NCBI GenBank assembly: GCA_964549615.1
Contig: CAZJVP010000099.1
Span: 88,004-152,003, forward strand
Direction: 5' to 3'
DNA from: an uncultured Thermococci archaeon
Lineage (GTDB): Archaea > CAYQAE01 > CAYVLA01
DNA: 64,000 bases
Both the position numbers and the translations under genes were made by a program. Position 1 is the stretch's first letter; each line of letters opens with the position of its first letter. Shown here piece by piece: positions 1 to 9,867 of this stretch. The notes under the pieces are model-generated. The model did no database searches and was not told where the DNA came from. It saw only the letters and a program-made list of their open reading frames with translations.

Positions 1-278
1 GCCTCACGGCACAGCATCTCGCCCAAGCCCCTTCTCCTGTACTCAGGGCGGACGAATAGAGTGTGGACGTGATAGTACCTGCCCGATGTCCTCTCGAAGC
101 ACCTCATCCCGATCACCTTGCCCTCCCACCGGGCAACAAGCGTTGTGCTCCGCTGAATCCACCCTTCCATCCCGGGTAGGTACATGTCGTTGCATTTGAG
201 CATCTCGATTGCCTCGGCTAGGGAATCGCTTGATGCGACCTCGATTGTTGGAGAGAAATCTGACAACTCTACACCCAA
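1..278 (-). CDS. GNAT family N-acetyltransferase (3' end outside window)
   Basis: Manual minus-strand translation from TTG at 278 gives ...YHVHTLFVRPEYRRRGLGEMLCRE, containing the acetyl-CoA-binding motif A (R/QxxGxG). Not in the ORF track because it runs off the window edge. Confidence 0.8.
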   Translation of the reverse strand, partial: MGVELSDFSPTIEVASSDSLAEAIEMLKCNDMYLPGMEGWIQRSTTLVARWEGKVIGMRCFERTSGRYYHVHTLFVRPEYRRRGLGEMLCRE

Positions 279-620
279 TTCCGGTGCGGAAATGCCGAGT
301 AAAAGGTTTGTGGCGGATGATCGGATCCGAGCATGTCTTGATCCGCTATTTTGGAATCAGGGACGGATGCCGCATAGCGGGGCGGGCGAAAGTGAAGATC
401 TTGCGCACTTGGCAGGATTATCCGAAGCCACCGTGACCGGCGGAAAAGGCCGCCTGTGGAAACAGTTTGCTCCCTGCGTGTGAAGAACCACCGCCACCAA
501 CCAAGACACCACGAGGATGCCATGAAGGGAACAACTCCGGCCGCGGCTCACCGGCTGCGAGCCACTTGCAAGTATTGCGACAAATGACAAAGATGGACCG
601 CCCAGCCCGGTTCCACCCCC

Positions 621-883
621 GGAGAGGTCGAACCCTCCTTTCACCGACTTCAGACCGCCGGCAGCTTATGGCCCGGGCGTGCACTGGCAGGTGTGCAAAG
701 AGGGCTTTTTGTCATTTTGGGCCTCATGCTTGCAGTCCCCATGGGTGCGGCGTGTCCGGTCCCAGGACCGATGGCAACGGCGTGATTCGCCTGCTTCACA
801 TCGGCAAGGCATGGTTCTACCCGGGCCACCCAGCCCCCGTCCTGAGCCAGGACCCGCGCATCAACTACTACCCCGTCCCGGCC
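621..883 (+). pseudogene. Truncated 5' duplicate of the membrane protein gene at 34546..35763
   Basis: 743..883 matches 34603..34743 with 2 substitutions. Upstream 621..742 is a diverged homologue with one C missing in a C-run (frameshift). Homology stops abruptly at 883. Confidence 0.85.
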
Positions 884-940
884 TTGCAAGGATCAGGCGC
901 GCTCAAAGCCAACTCGACGTGGACCCGATGACCGGCTAGG

Positions 941-1366
941 CTATCCCGGAAGCGCCTCAAGCCTATTGACATCCCTCACAGCATCGAAGCCGCCATCAAA
1001 TGAGAATATGCCGGGCAGCTTCCTATCGCGAACGATGACCACGCTTATGGCATCCGCAAAGCTCAGCTGCCTGTACGTCCTGAAGATGTGATGAGCCGCG
1101 TTGAAGATGTCGTCGTCCACGAAGAGCGTGTCCACATGGGCGGAGTTGAGCATGGCCTCCCCGACCTCGGCCGAGCGGTCAGGCCCAATCTTCCTCCTGA
1201 GATAGGTAACGACCTCCCCGAATATGTGGTTGGTTATGAAAACCCTGCCGAGTGCCCCCTCCGACACGGCCCCGACCCCGACTATGGGCTTCGGCCTCTC
1301 ATGGTGTCGATCCCTCGGATTGAATGCGCCGATCCAGACCCCTGAGTCCACAAGGTACAAGCTCAC
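941..1366 (-). CDS. vapC: PIN-domain VapC toxin
   Basis: LVDSGVWI...EVVTYL...LSFADAIS...FSFDGGFD carries the PIN acidic residues; overlaps the upstream antitoxin by 4 nt. Confidence 0.9.
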   Translation of the reverse strand: MSLYLVDSGVWIGAFNPRDRHHERPKPIVGVGAVSEGALGRVFITNHIFGEVVTYLRRKIGPDRSAEVGEAMLNSAHVDTLFVDDDIFNAAHHIFRTYRQLSFADAISVVIVRDRKLPGIFSFDGGFDAVRDVNRLEALPG

Positions 1367-1605
1367 CCGCTCCCATGGACGACCTCGTCCAGCTCCGCTG
1401 TGGCGTCGGCCTCCCTTTCCGTCGGCAGCGCGCCTATGAGCGCCTTCAGCGGATCCTCCCCGCTGGCCTTCCGCACCCTGATGTAGACCTCGTCACCAAG
1501 GATGGTCCAAACCACCTCATCGCCAGGCCCCACCCCGAACCTTTTCCGGAGCGATGCCGGCACGACCGTCTGGAAACCCTTTGACACCCTTGTCGTGGCA
1601 ACCAC
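1363..1605 (-). CDS. vapB: AbrB/MazE-type antitoxin
   Basis: TRVSKGFQTVVPASLRKRFGVGPGDEVVW is an AbrB-fold signature; coupled to vapC. Confidence 0.88.
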   Translation of the reverse strand: MVATTRVSKGFQTVVPASLRKRFGVGPGDEVVWTILGDEVYIRVRKASGEDPLKALIGALPTEREADATAELDEVVHGSG

Positions 1606-2775
1606 GGAGGCCGTCTCCTTGGGAAACGAGCAGTCTCAAAGCAGTTCAATCTTTCTCATGCCCAGCCGTGCGCTGCAGATTCATGCATGATGCGCCCTGC
1701 TTCCCCAAGGTCGCGCCAAGCTTCCAGGCATTCCCTTGTTCTGGTCGTCGACCAGCCTGGCCTGGATATGGACCCTCCTTGACTGCTGTGTCACCCGGAT
1801 CGAGGCGGGTCCGTAGGCCTCCGGCATGCCGAAGAAGCGACCGTACTGCTCAAGGCTGAAGGAGACCCCTCCACCCTCACTGTGAACTTGCGGTCGTTGG
1901 ATGTGACCAGGACCTGGGAGGCAGATCATCCATCACACTTGCCTCAACAACAAGCCGGACACCAAGGCGATCGCGCAGGGCAACCTGAGCTCCGGTTCCT
2001 CCAGAGCTTGGAACGATCCATCGAGGGGCTGAGCAAGGAGCCGCCGCTTCTCAGAACCTGATCCTTGGCCAAGACCGGCAGGCCTGCCAGGTGCCTTGCG
2101 AATCAGTTCCCCGCACGTCAGGCCAGGCATCGCGGTTTGTTGGATTTGCCATGGTCGAGCGCGGCCCGCACCTTGGCTTCCTGATGTGTCCTCACCCTGC
2201 CGGTTAAATATACTGAGCCCGCTTCAGCCAAGCCATATGGTAGGCCTCGCTCAGAGCCGTCCCGAACTCGCGGTACCCGACACGCGGATGGCCCAACAAC
2301 TAGGACGGCCCCCTGCCCGGCTGGTCGGGAGGCAGGGACCATGCGACCATCATGCCGGACGTATTCCCGGCGGCGGTCTGCACCACCATTGCCGTCGTGG
2401 CCTCCGACCCTAGTAAGACGGGCGGGCAAGTCTTCCCATCGAGGAGGCCCGGACAGGAAAATTGCGCCGGGTGAGTTGCCAGTTGCCACGTGCAGGCTGA
2501 AGATACCCCACCGTCGGGTTCTTCCAGCCTCCAAGAATACTCTTATCCCTGCCAGAGAAAACGGTGATCGAAACACAGGCACGAACAGAGGAAATAAGCC
2601 ACCTAGGACCTGCTTATCGGGCAACCCTTCCCCCGCGCGAGGGCGCCGCCTGAGGCTCTTCAGCTGCCCATCCCAAGGCATCGATACCTCCCATCCCAAC
2701 ATCTGACCATCCTTTATCACCCAGCCTCCGATGGTATGGGATGTCCTCCGTCGGGGCCTTCGGGGCTGACCTGAG

Positions 2776-3858
2776 ATGAGGGATGAAAGCTTTGGTCCGG
2801 CTGGCATGATTGAGGAATGGTCGAACCAGCCCAAGGCGAATCACAGCGCGGATGACGGGCCGTCCATCAGCGTGATCATCCCTTGCAAACCATCTGACGG
2901 GCTTCCGCCAGTAATCGAGTCTGCCTCGAAGCTGGACTACCCGAGCGACCTTTTTGAGATCCTCCTGATCAAAGGAACCAACCCCTCCCTGCAGCGCAAC
3001 TTGGGGGCAAGTCTCGCCAAGGGCGACATACTGGCCTTCACTGACGATAACTGCCAGCTTCCCCCCGACTGGCTGAGACTTGCAGCCAAGCACTTCCGCG
3101 ACGCTAGAGTCTCCATAGTCGGCGGTCCGAACCTGACTCCTCCGTCGGATCCCCGTCTCTCGAGGATCTTCGGCCTGGCTTGCGCGTCCAAACTGGGCAC
3201 CGGCCCGATGCACAGGCGATACCGACGCACTCGGCTGCTCCCGCAGGCGGATGAAAGTGCCTTGGCACTGAGCAACCTCTTCATCCGTCGGAAGCTCTTC
3301 GACAGCGGACTGAGTTTCAGCCCTCTTCTCTTTCCAAACGAGGAGAACCAATTCATGAATGGAGCCTCGCGACAGGGGCACCGCATGGTCTACGATCCTG
3401 ACATCGTGGTCTACCATCCCAGGAAGCGAAGCTGGCGGGCGTTTTCACGCCAGTTCGCTCGCTATGGCGCCGGGAGAGCGAGGCAGACCCGCATGGACCT
3501 CGGAAGCCTGAGGCCCTTCCATCTCTTGCCCGGGGCGCTGGTCCTCGCATCGATGTTCCTACTCGTCGGGGTGTTGCTGTTTCGCCGCTTACTGCCTTGG
3601 GTTCTGCTCCTTGCGGCTGCATACATCGTCCCAATCGTCGCCGAGTCGGTTCGGATCAGTCTCCGTGAGGGCGATCCTAAAGCGGCTTGGCTGCTGATTC
3701 CGTCATTCCTCCTCATCCACTATTCCTACGGCTTTGGATTCGTCATGGGCTTGATCTGCCCGCTCGGCAAGATCCGCGGGGCCGCCCCGACCCGGGACGA
3801 CGTCTCTCGTCTGGAGCCATCAGGCTACACATGGCCTGCTGGACAGAGGATCTCGTAG
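2776..3858 (+). CDS. Glycosyltransferase family 2 with C-terminal TM helices
   Basis: ISVIIP, RNLG...AKGDILAFTDDN (DxD-like), EENQF...YDPDIVVYH and hydrophobic C-terminal helices. Confidence 0.9.
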   Translation: MRDESFGPAGMIEEWSNQPKANHSADDGPSISVIIPCKPSDGLPPVIESASKLDYPSDLFEILLIKGTNPSLQRNLGASLAKGDILAFTDDNCQLPPDWLRLAAKHFRDARVSIVGGPNLTPPSDPRLSRIFGLACASKLGTGPMHRRYRRTRLLPQADESALALSNLFIRRKLFDSGLSFSPLLFPNEENQFMNGASRQGHRMVYDPDIVVYHPRKRSWRAFSRQFARYGAGRARQTRMDLGSLRPFHLLPGALVLASMFLLVGVLLFRRLLPWVLLLAAAYIVPIVAESVRISLREGDPKAAWLLIPSFLLIHYSYGFGFVMGLICPLGKIRGAAPTRDDVSRLEPSGYTWPAGQRIS

Positions 3859-4809
3859 GCAGGTGACCCTGGCGCACAGGATTCCAAGGAGGCACATCGC
3901 GGCTGATCCTAGGGATACGTCCTCTGCCACCTCAAAGATGCTGACATAGTCCACCTGTATCCACTCGTCCTGAACAAGGTCAACGTAGCCCCTGACTAAG
4001 CGGGTCCCGTCCCAGTAGATGCGGTAGTTGTCTATCCAGATTACCAGTCCCATCTCGGTGTCTGGCGGGGAATCCGTGCCGGCAACCACTCGACCGTCCA
4101 CGGTGAACTGCGCCGAGCCGTCCCGCCAGACGATCCCGTACGTGTGCCAGTCACGCATATCCACTCCCTCGACGGGCTGCGTCAGCGTGATGTTGTCGTT
4201 CCTCACCGACATGACGTTAAAGCCGGGGAAAGGGTACTCCGAATGGCGCGATATGCTGATGAACCAGAGGACATTTGAAGGATTGGTCTCGCCCATTAGG
4301 TGGCCGAAGTTTCCGTTCCAGAAGCCCCATCCTCTCGTTCCGCCTCCAGCCTCGCCCGTGAGCGTATTGTCGTCGCTGCACCTGAGCCTTACTTCGAAAC
4401 CTTTGTGAAGCCAGTTCAAACCTCGACCCCCCATGATGTCGTTTATCTCAGCGTCGGAGTACTCCTCGCTCGAAGATGCCGCGCTGACGTTGAGGAAGAG
4501 GTATCCGTTGCAAACCACAATTGTGCCCGTGCCTGGGTGATAGCCCCAGTACCAGTGATTATCCATGTCATCGAAGTCGTCGAAGAATATCAACCCTGAG
4601 GCGGATGTGGCGGGTCTCAGGGCCGGGCCGAGGCTGCACGCAAGTGCGGCACCCGCGATGAACAAGCCGAGAAGAACCATCGCCCTGGGTCTACCGGTGT
4701 AGCCCGATCCCGTGGGGCCCGCCTTAGGAGGCCTAGCCCCCGAGTGCGGAGAAGGGGCCCAGGTTCTCATCCAAGAACCAGCCTCTTCATCAGGTTGCGG
4801 TTTGACCAA
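3820..4809 (-). CDS. Secreted ConA-like/GH16-like beta-sandwich protein with C-terminal hydrophobic tail (true start possibly ATG 4680)
   Basis: Signal-like MVLLGLFIAGAALAC, IFFDDFD and WHTYGIVWRDGSAQFTVDG typical of GH16/LamG. No ExDxxE catalytic motif seen. Confidence 0.7.
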   Translation of the reverse strand: MVKPQPDEEAGSWMRTWAPSPHSGARPPKAGPTGSGYTGRPRAMVLLGLFIAGAALACSLGPALRPATSASGLIFFDDFDDMDNHWYWGYHPGTGTIVVCNGYLFLNVSAASSSEEYSDAEINDIMGGRGLNWLHKGFEVRLRCSDDNTLTGEAGGGTRGWGFWNGNFGHLMGETNPSNVLWFISISRHSEYPFPGFNVMSVRNDNITLTQPVEGVDMRDWHTYGIVWRDGSAQFTVDGRVVAGTDSPPDTEMGLVIWIDNYRIYWDGTRLVRGYVDLVQDEWIQVDYVSIFEVAEDVSLGSAAMCLLGILCARVTCLRDPLSSRPCVA

Positions 4810-4821
4810 CTTTCTCGCCCA

Positions 4822-5799
4822 TCACACCTTGTTGCCTCGGGCGCTCCGAAGATCCAGGGACCTTCGGGCCCGCCGCACAATCTCGCTTGCTCTTACGACG
4901 ATGGTCCAGAAGGCGCATAGCAGTCCCGTGCCTGCGGTGGGCCGACCCAATGCCCTGAGGAGGGCCATTCTGCACCTCAGGCTCAGCCACCTGACGTACA
5001 GCTTCTCGCTTCCGGCATTCCCCGGCGGGTCTGCGTATATCCTGGTGACGGGGACCTCGCCAACCGTTAACCCGATCCTGGCCGCTTGTCCCCACACTTG
5101 GAAGGGCATGGCATAACCCGTCTCAGTGATCTTCAGCTTCCTAAGCGCGTCCGTCCTGTAGGCCTTGAAGCCCGTGGCGGCGTCCGTGACGCGGTATCCA
5201 GTCATTTTCGCCACGAAACGGGCCATCTCCAAGTTTGCCTTGAGCCTGTGCGGCGCCGGCTTCCCCACGTGCGGAGAAAGATCATGATACCGGCTTCCCG
5301 ACACGATATCGTACGAGACCAGTTTCTCCACCAACCTGCGCAGATCTCTCGGGTCATGTTGGCCGTCGGCATCCATGGTCACCACGCCTTTGTACGGTCC
5401 TGCAAGCGCCGCGGCGAAGCCTGTCAGAATAGCAGAACCATACCCCAGGTTGGCGTGGTGGCGAACGCCCATGAGCCTAGGCATTTCGCTGCGGAAGCGG
5501 TCGATCACCGCCCAGGTCCCGTCCGTTGAACCATCGTCCACGACAAGCACGTCTCCCCTCCACTCCTGGGCAACGAGGTCCAGGACCCTCGGGAGGCTTT
5601 CCTCTTCATTGTGGGCCGGGATGACAAGCAATGCATCTTTGTCTGCGATTGCCAGGATTTCCTGCGTGCAGGTCCCGCCCTCGGAGGACGGGCGAGCTCG
5701 CATCTCGCACAAGCGCCTACGACCAACATCTTGCTTCCGCGTGAGTTGAAGAAACTTCCTGTCGAATGATATCCATCCGGGGATCACCCACACGTTCAC
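4822..5799 (-). CDS. GT2 polyprenol-phosphate sugar synthase (DPM1-like)
   Basis: VIPAHNEE, VVDDGSTDGT, NLGYGSA, MDADGQHDP, VSGSRY, DAATGFKAY, EVPV. Confidence 0.9.
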   Translation of the reverse strand: MNVWVIPGWISFDRKFLQLTRKQDVGRRRLCEMRARPSSEGGTCTQEILAIADKDALLVIPAHNEEESLPRVLDLVAQEWRGDVLVVDDGSTDGTWAVIDRFRSEMPRLMGVRHHANLGYGSAILTGFAAALAGPYKGVVTMDADGQHDPRDLRRLVEKLVSYDIVSGSRYHDLSPHVGKPAPHRLKANLEMARFVAKMTGYRVTDAATGFKAYRTDALRKLKITETGYAMPFQVWGQAARIGLTVGEVPVTRIYADPPGNAGSEKLYVRWLSLRCRMALLRALGRPTAGTGLLCAFWTIVVRASEIVRRARRSLDLRSARGNKV

Positions 5800-5812
5800 C
5801 GCCCGGCACGCC

Positions 5813-7453
5813 TCAAGCCGAGGGGCGGTCCACGTTTCTGTAGTGGTAGAGCTGTATGCCGACGTAGCTCCTCTTGTCCTGCAGCGAGAAGGCCTCGTCC
5901 AGATACTTCTTGACCTGGCCTTGGGGGTCAGTGAACTCCTGATGGGAAAGGACCAACCACACCCCGTTCACCGAGGGTTCGTTGCGCACGATCTGGTCCA
6001 CCTGTTCTGCAGTGTAGGCCAACTTCAAGTAGCTTGAGTTTCCGCGATGCCGGTGGTAGTACCAGAACGGAACTACAACGTAGGGCGCGTTGAAGACGAC
6101 GACCTCGTCCGCGGCTAGGTGTTGAGAGACGTACCCTTCCAGCTCCCTCCACTGCTCCTTCTGCTCCTCGGCGTAGTACTTGGCCAGACTCGCTGAGCTG
6201 GAGATCAACAGGGAACACACCACGAGGATACCTGCTAGTCTGCCGAGGGCCAGAGCGGTGTTGCGCGTCCCGCGCGCGACCAGGATGTAGAAAGCTGGGG
6301 ACGCAGCAATGGTGTAGTGTTTCGCATAGATGGGAAAGAGGAGTAGGGAGAAGGTGAAGGGAATGACGATGGACGATCCGAGCCATAGGAGGAGAAGGAC
6401 AACCACGTCTAGGCGTGCCCCGAGGGAGAGCGCCCAGCGGAAGCCGGTCAAGGAGTCGATGGGGCATCGAGGCCGGAAACTGCCGCTCAGCTTGGCAAGC
6501 TCGAAGAGACCCAAGACCATGAGGAATGAGTACGCCATTAGCCTGATCTCGTTCTCTCCGCCGTAGTAGGCTAGGGTCTTGGGAAGATCAACGAAGGTTG
6601 GCTGTCTGAGCCAAGAGATCCCCAATATCAATCCGGGCTCCGCCCGCATGCCCCTGAGTACGTCCAGCTGGCGAAGCACGTTCAGAACCCAAGGAAGGAA
6701 GGCGATGAAGGGCAACCCGAACATCACCACCCAGGGAAGGCGCGCAACCGCGTTCGGCTTTGCAAGCGCGGTCATGGAAAGCCCCTCATCGGCCGGCGGG
6801 AGCCCCCCGTTTGCCGGGGTTCCGATGCGAGCTTGGCGCGCGCGGAGGCGGGCTCTGAGGTAGAGCGAGAAAATGGCCTCTGAGGCGACGATGAAAGACC
6901 CGTAGACATGCGTGTAGAGAAGAAAGACGTTGGTCAGGGAAGCTGCAACCATGTCTCTTGCCCTTCCACTTTCCAGGTATCTGATGAAGAAGTAGTAGGA
7001 CGCGAGACCAAGGAAGACCATCATCGAGTAGCCCCGGGCCTCCTGGGAATAGGAGATGTGAAGGCTTGATGCAGCCATCACCAGGGCCGAGATGAGCCCG
7101 ACGCCGTCTCCGAAGAGGCGTCTACCCACCAGATAGATCATGAGCAGGGATAGAACCCCAAATGCTGCTGAGGGAATTCTCACCGCCAGCTCGCTGTCCC
7201 CGCAGATCGAGATCCAGCAACGCAGCATAACGTAGTGAAGGGGAGGGTTCGTCTCGCGCCCCATTCGGGACCAGAACTCCGCCGAGTTGCTCTCAGACAC
7301 CAAGACGCTCGTCGCCTCGTCCAGCCAAAGGCTCTCAGAGGAGATCTGCACCAACCTGAGGACTGCGCCTCCCGCGAGGATCGCCAGGAGGCAGAAAAGC
7401 ACCCAACCTAGATGGACGTTTTGATCGGATGCCATTCTTCCCATCCGATGCAA
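5813..7453 (-). CDS. GT-C membrane glycosyltransferase (ArnT/PMT, GT39/83-like)
   Basis: SLWLDE, NPPLHY, SQEARGY motifs; multiple TM helices; paralogue of 21971..23611. Confidence 0.88.
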   Translation of the reverse strand: MHRMGRMASDQNVHLGWVLFCLLAILAGGAVLRLVQISSESLWLDEATSVLVSESNSAEFWSRMGRETNPPLHYVMLRCWISICGDSELAVRIPSAAFGVLSLLMIYLVGRRLFGDGVGLISALVMAASSLHISYSQEARGYSMMVFLGLASYYFFIRYLESGRARDMVAASLTNVFLLYTHVYGSFIVASEAIFSLYLRARLRARQARIGTPANGGLPPADEGLSMTALAKPNAVARLPWVVMFGLPFIAFLPWVLNVLRQLDVLRGMRAEPGLILGISWLRQPTFVDLPKTLAYYGGENEIRLMAYSFLMVLGLFELAKLSGSFRPRCPIDSLTGFRWALSLGARLDVVVLLLLWLGSSIVIPFTFSLLLFPIYAKHYTIAASPAFYILVARGTRNTALALGRLAGILVVCSLLISSSASLAKYYAEEQKEQWRELEGYVSQHLAADEVVVFNAPYVVVPFWYYHRHRGNSSYLKLAYTAEQVDQIVRNEPSVNGVWLVLSHQEFTDPQGQVKKYLDEAFSLQDKRSYVGIQLYHYRNVDRPSA

Positions 7454-7510
7454 GGAGTCCGAGAACCAATAAGAACCTGAGCTAGAGTTGAGGTTGAAAC
7501 GCTGCGATGG

Positions 7511-8824
7511 GTGCCCAAGAACAGGTCAGACGGGCACAATGCATCGCAGGCCTGCTGGATGATCGGGTTGTCCCAGAACTATGCTTGCAAGTTCGACGTC
7601 ACGGTGGTCGGAGGAGGTGCTGCTGGATGCGCGGCCGCCCGCTTTCTGGCCGAGGCCGGAAGGACGGTTGCCCTAGTCGAAAGCAAGGGGATCGGCAGCC
7701 AGGCACACACACCCGTCACCTTCACCGAGACCCTCAGGGACTTCGGGCTGGAGGCGGCGGTTCACATATTCTACCGGCGCCTGTCCTATCACAGTCCGAC
7801 AGGTGCGCTTTCCACATTGGAGATGGGCGAGCCAGCATGGGGATGCGTAGATTACCGCAAAGCGTGCAGGCTCCTGTGGCATGCCGCGGAGGAAGCCGGG
7901 GCAGTCCTGATCCAGGCGCGCGCCAAATCGCTCAGGAAGTCGGGCCAAGGCTTGGAGATCCTCCTTGATTCGGAAGCCGCGCTGAGATCCACGGTGGTGA
8001 TCGACGCCACGGGGAAAGCTAGGTTCTCCGGCCACATTCTCGGGCAGCCTGACCCGCGCTACTATAGCCATAGCTTGGGCAGACGCGTTTCCGGTGCGGC
8101 GGTTGCAGACGAGAACAACTTCTACCTCATCGCGCCTGGAGCGGCATCCGGCACCGGAGGGGGATGGTTCTACCCGCTCGGACAGGGGAAGGCCGTACTT
8201 GGCTTTGCTGCGGTGACGAGAAGCCCATTCGCACCGTGGAGCCGGCTTGCGGTCATCTGGAGAAAGGCAGCTCGATCTCTTCGGCCCTACTCCGAGATGC
8301 TGAGGAATGCCCGACCAGGCCATTTCGAGATGGGCTCCATACCGCTTGTTGCCCCGCGCCGTTTCGTCTTCGGGAGGATAGCAGTTGTGGGGGACGCGGC
8401 CGCCCAGGCGACCCCATGGTCGTGCTTTGGTGTCCACGCCGCGCTTCTCAACGCGAAGCTGGTCGCCAGGGCGGTACTGCGAGCCTCCCAGGATGGCGAC
8501 TCCGCGGAAAGGCATCTTCTGGCATACCAGCGTGACTGGAAAACCCAGAATGGACTCGCCTACCGATTGGGCGACCTTTGCGCTGGTTCACTTTGGTGGC
8601 GGGACGAAAGGGAGTGGGCCTTGGATGTGGCACGTTTCGGAGAGTTACCGCCCGAGGCGGCGCTCTCAAGGATACGGGACGGGAGCGTTCCCAGATGCGC
8701 TCCACTAGCACGATCGATAGTATGGCGGATGATCATGACGGGCTACATGATAAAGTGCAGGGCAGCCGAGCTCCTTAGACAAGCACGCTTTGAGCAGGCC
8801 GACCTAGGCGTTGGGGATCCCTGA
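7511..8824 (+). CDS. FAD-dependent oxidoreductase, geranylgeranyl reductase/lycopene cyclase-like
   Basis: VVGGGAAG Rossmann motif, IDATG, GWFYP, VGDAA; TGATG overlap with the UbiA gene. Start may be slightly downstream. Confidence 0.8.
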   Translation: MPKNRSDGHNASQACWMIGLSQNYACKFDVTVVGGGAAGCAAARFLAEAGRTVALVESKGIGSQAHTPVTFTETLRDFGLEAAVHIFYRRLSYHSPTGALSTLEMGEPAWGCVDYRKACRLLWHAAEEAGAVLIQARAKSLRKSGQGLEILLDSEAALRSTVVIDATGKARFSGHILGQPDPRYYSHSLGRRVSGAAVADENNFYLIAPGAASGTGGGWFYPLGQGKAVLGFAAVTRSPFAPWSRLAVIWRKAARSLRPYSEMLRNARPGHFEMGSIPLVAPRRFVFGRIAVVGDAAAQATPWSCFGVHAALLNAKLVARAVLRASQDGDSAERHLLAYQRDWKTQNGLAYRLGDLCAGSLWWRDEREWALDVARFGELPPEAALSRIRDGSVPRCAPLARSIVWRMIMTGYMIKCRAAELLRQARFEQADLGVGDP

Positions 8825-9801
8825 TGGAAGGACCATCCAGCTTCGAGCAACACGACCATATGCAGGGCGCGAAGGACGCGCGGCCGACAGGCCTGATGCC
8901 GGATGGGGACGGACTGACGGCGGCAAACGACGCGAGGTGGCGCAAGCTGCAGGATATGGAGACGCCTAGCAAGCTTCGCCGGCTCCTTGCGGACCGCCCA
9001 GGCGGACGATTCCTCACGAATCTCATCCTGCTCACCCGCGCGTACGACTGGATGGACAAACTCTGGATCATGACCGGTGCAGCCCTGCTTCTCCTAGCCC
9101 GCGAATCAGCAGGGCGAGCCGAGTTCATGGGCCTATCCGTCTTCTTCGCATACCAGGTCTTCGGCCTCTCCTACGGCTATGCTTTGAACGCCTGGACGGA
9201 CCGCCACGAGGACCAAGCGGCAGGCAAGGACAGGGGGACCGCTTACTTCACTCCCAGACAGCTGTGGGCGGCTATCGCCTTGCTTGGGGCGGGCCTGCTG
9301 GCGATCCCTCTCTCCTTCCTCAGGGTCGATCTAGCGGTACTTGCAGGGGTAAACCTCTTCCTTGCAACGTCTTACTCCTGCCCTCCGTTCAGGTTCAAGT
9401 CAAGGGGGCCGCTTGGCCTTCTCGTTGCGGGAGTCGGGCAGCGTTCAATGGGCTTTTTGTTTCTGGTCCTTCTTCTCCCGGGCAACCAGGCCTTGGGTGT
9501 ACTGGCACTCGTCTGGCTTGCTGTAGTCGGCATGATCACGGAGATCAGCCACCAGGCCCTGGACTACAAGCTGGACGTTGAAGCGGGTCTCCGCACGTTG
9601 GCGGCGAGGAATACGGCCGACCGGGTTTCCCAGCTGATCCGGGCCTTGCTGGCGATGCTTGTTCTAGCTGTGCTGCTGCCGCTATTTGTATTCCCGGGGT
9701 TTGAGGGTCTCGCGTACTGCGTTGTGCTGGCGGCTTTCTCGACGTATCCGGTTCACTATTCGATGGATGCTATGAGCTACATTCGTGCGCTAGCGCGATA
9801 A
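8824..9801 (+). CDS. UbiA family prenyltransferase
   Basis: NAWTDRHED (NxxxDxxxD), YSCPPFRFK, HQALDYKLDVEAGLRTLA; multiple TM segments. Confidence 0.88.
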   Translation: MEGPSSFEQHDHMQGAKDARPTGLMPDGDGLTAANDARWRKLQDMETPSKLRRLLADRPGGRFLTNLILLTRAYDWMDKLWIMTGAALLLLARESAGRAEFMGLSVFFAYQVFGLSYGYALNAWTDRHEDQAAGKDRGTAYFTPRQLWAAIALLGAGLLAIPLSFLRVDLAVLAGVNLFLATSYSCPPFRFKSRGPLGLLVAGVGQRSMGFLFLVLLLPGNQALGVLALVWLAVVGMITEISHQALDYKLDVEAGLRTLAARNTADRVSQLIRALLAMLVLAVLLPLFVFPGFEGLAYCVVLAAFSTYPVHYSMDAMSYIRALAR

Positions 9802-9867
9802 AAGCCGCCCACTAGCTTCCTGCCCACCGCCCGGCGCATGCCCCGCGTCCTGCCGGTCTCGCGGAGA

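Noticed and set aside
621-640. tRNA T-arm-like GGTTCGAC (minus strand, also about 34476-34492) as a tRNA fragment or att site
   Set aside because: The stem does not pair as a T-arm and there is no cloverleaf; it is part of the duplicated upstream region.
1681-2760. Short ORFs (one with an EPE+hydrophobic end, one with a CTTIAV Ntn-like fragment)
   Set aside because: Possibly decayed gene debris, but no coherent frame or recognisable domain can be supported.
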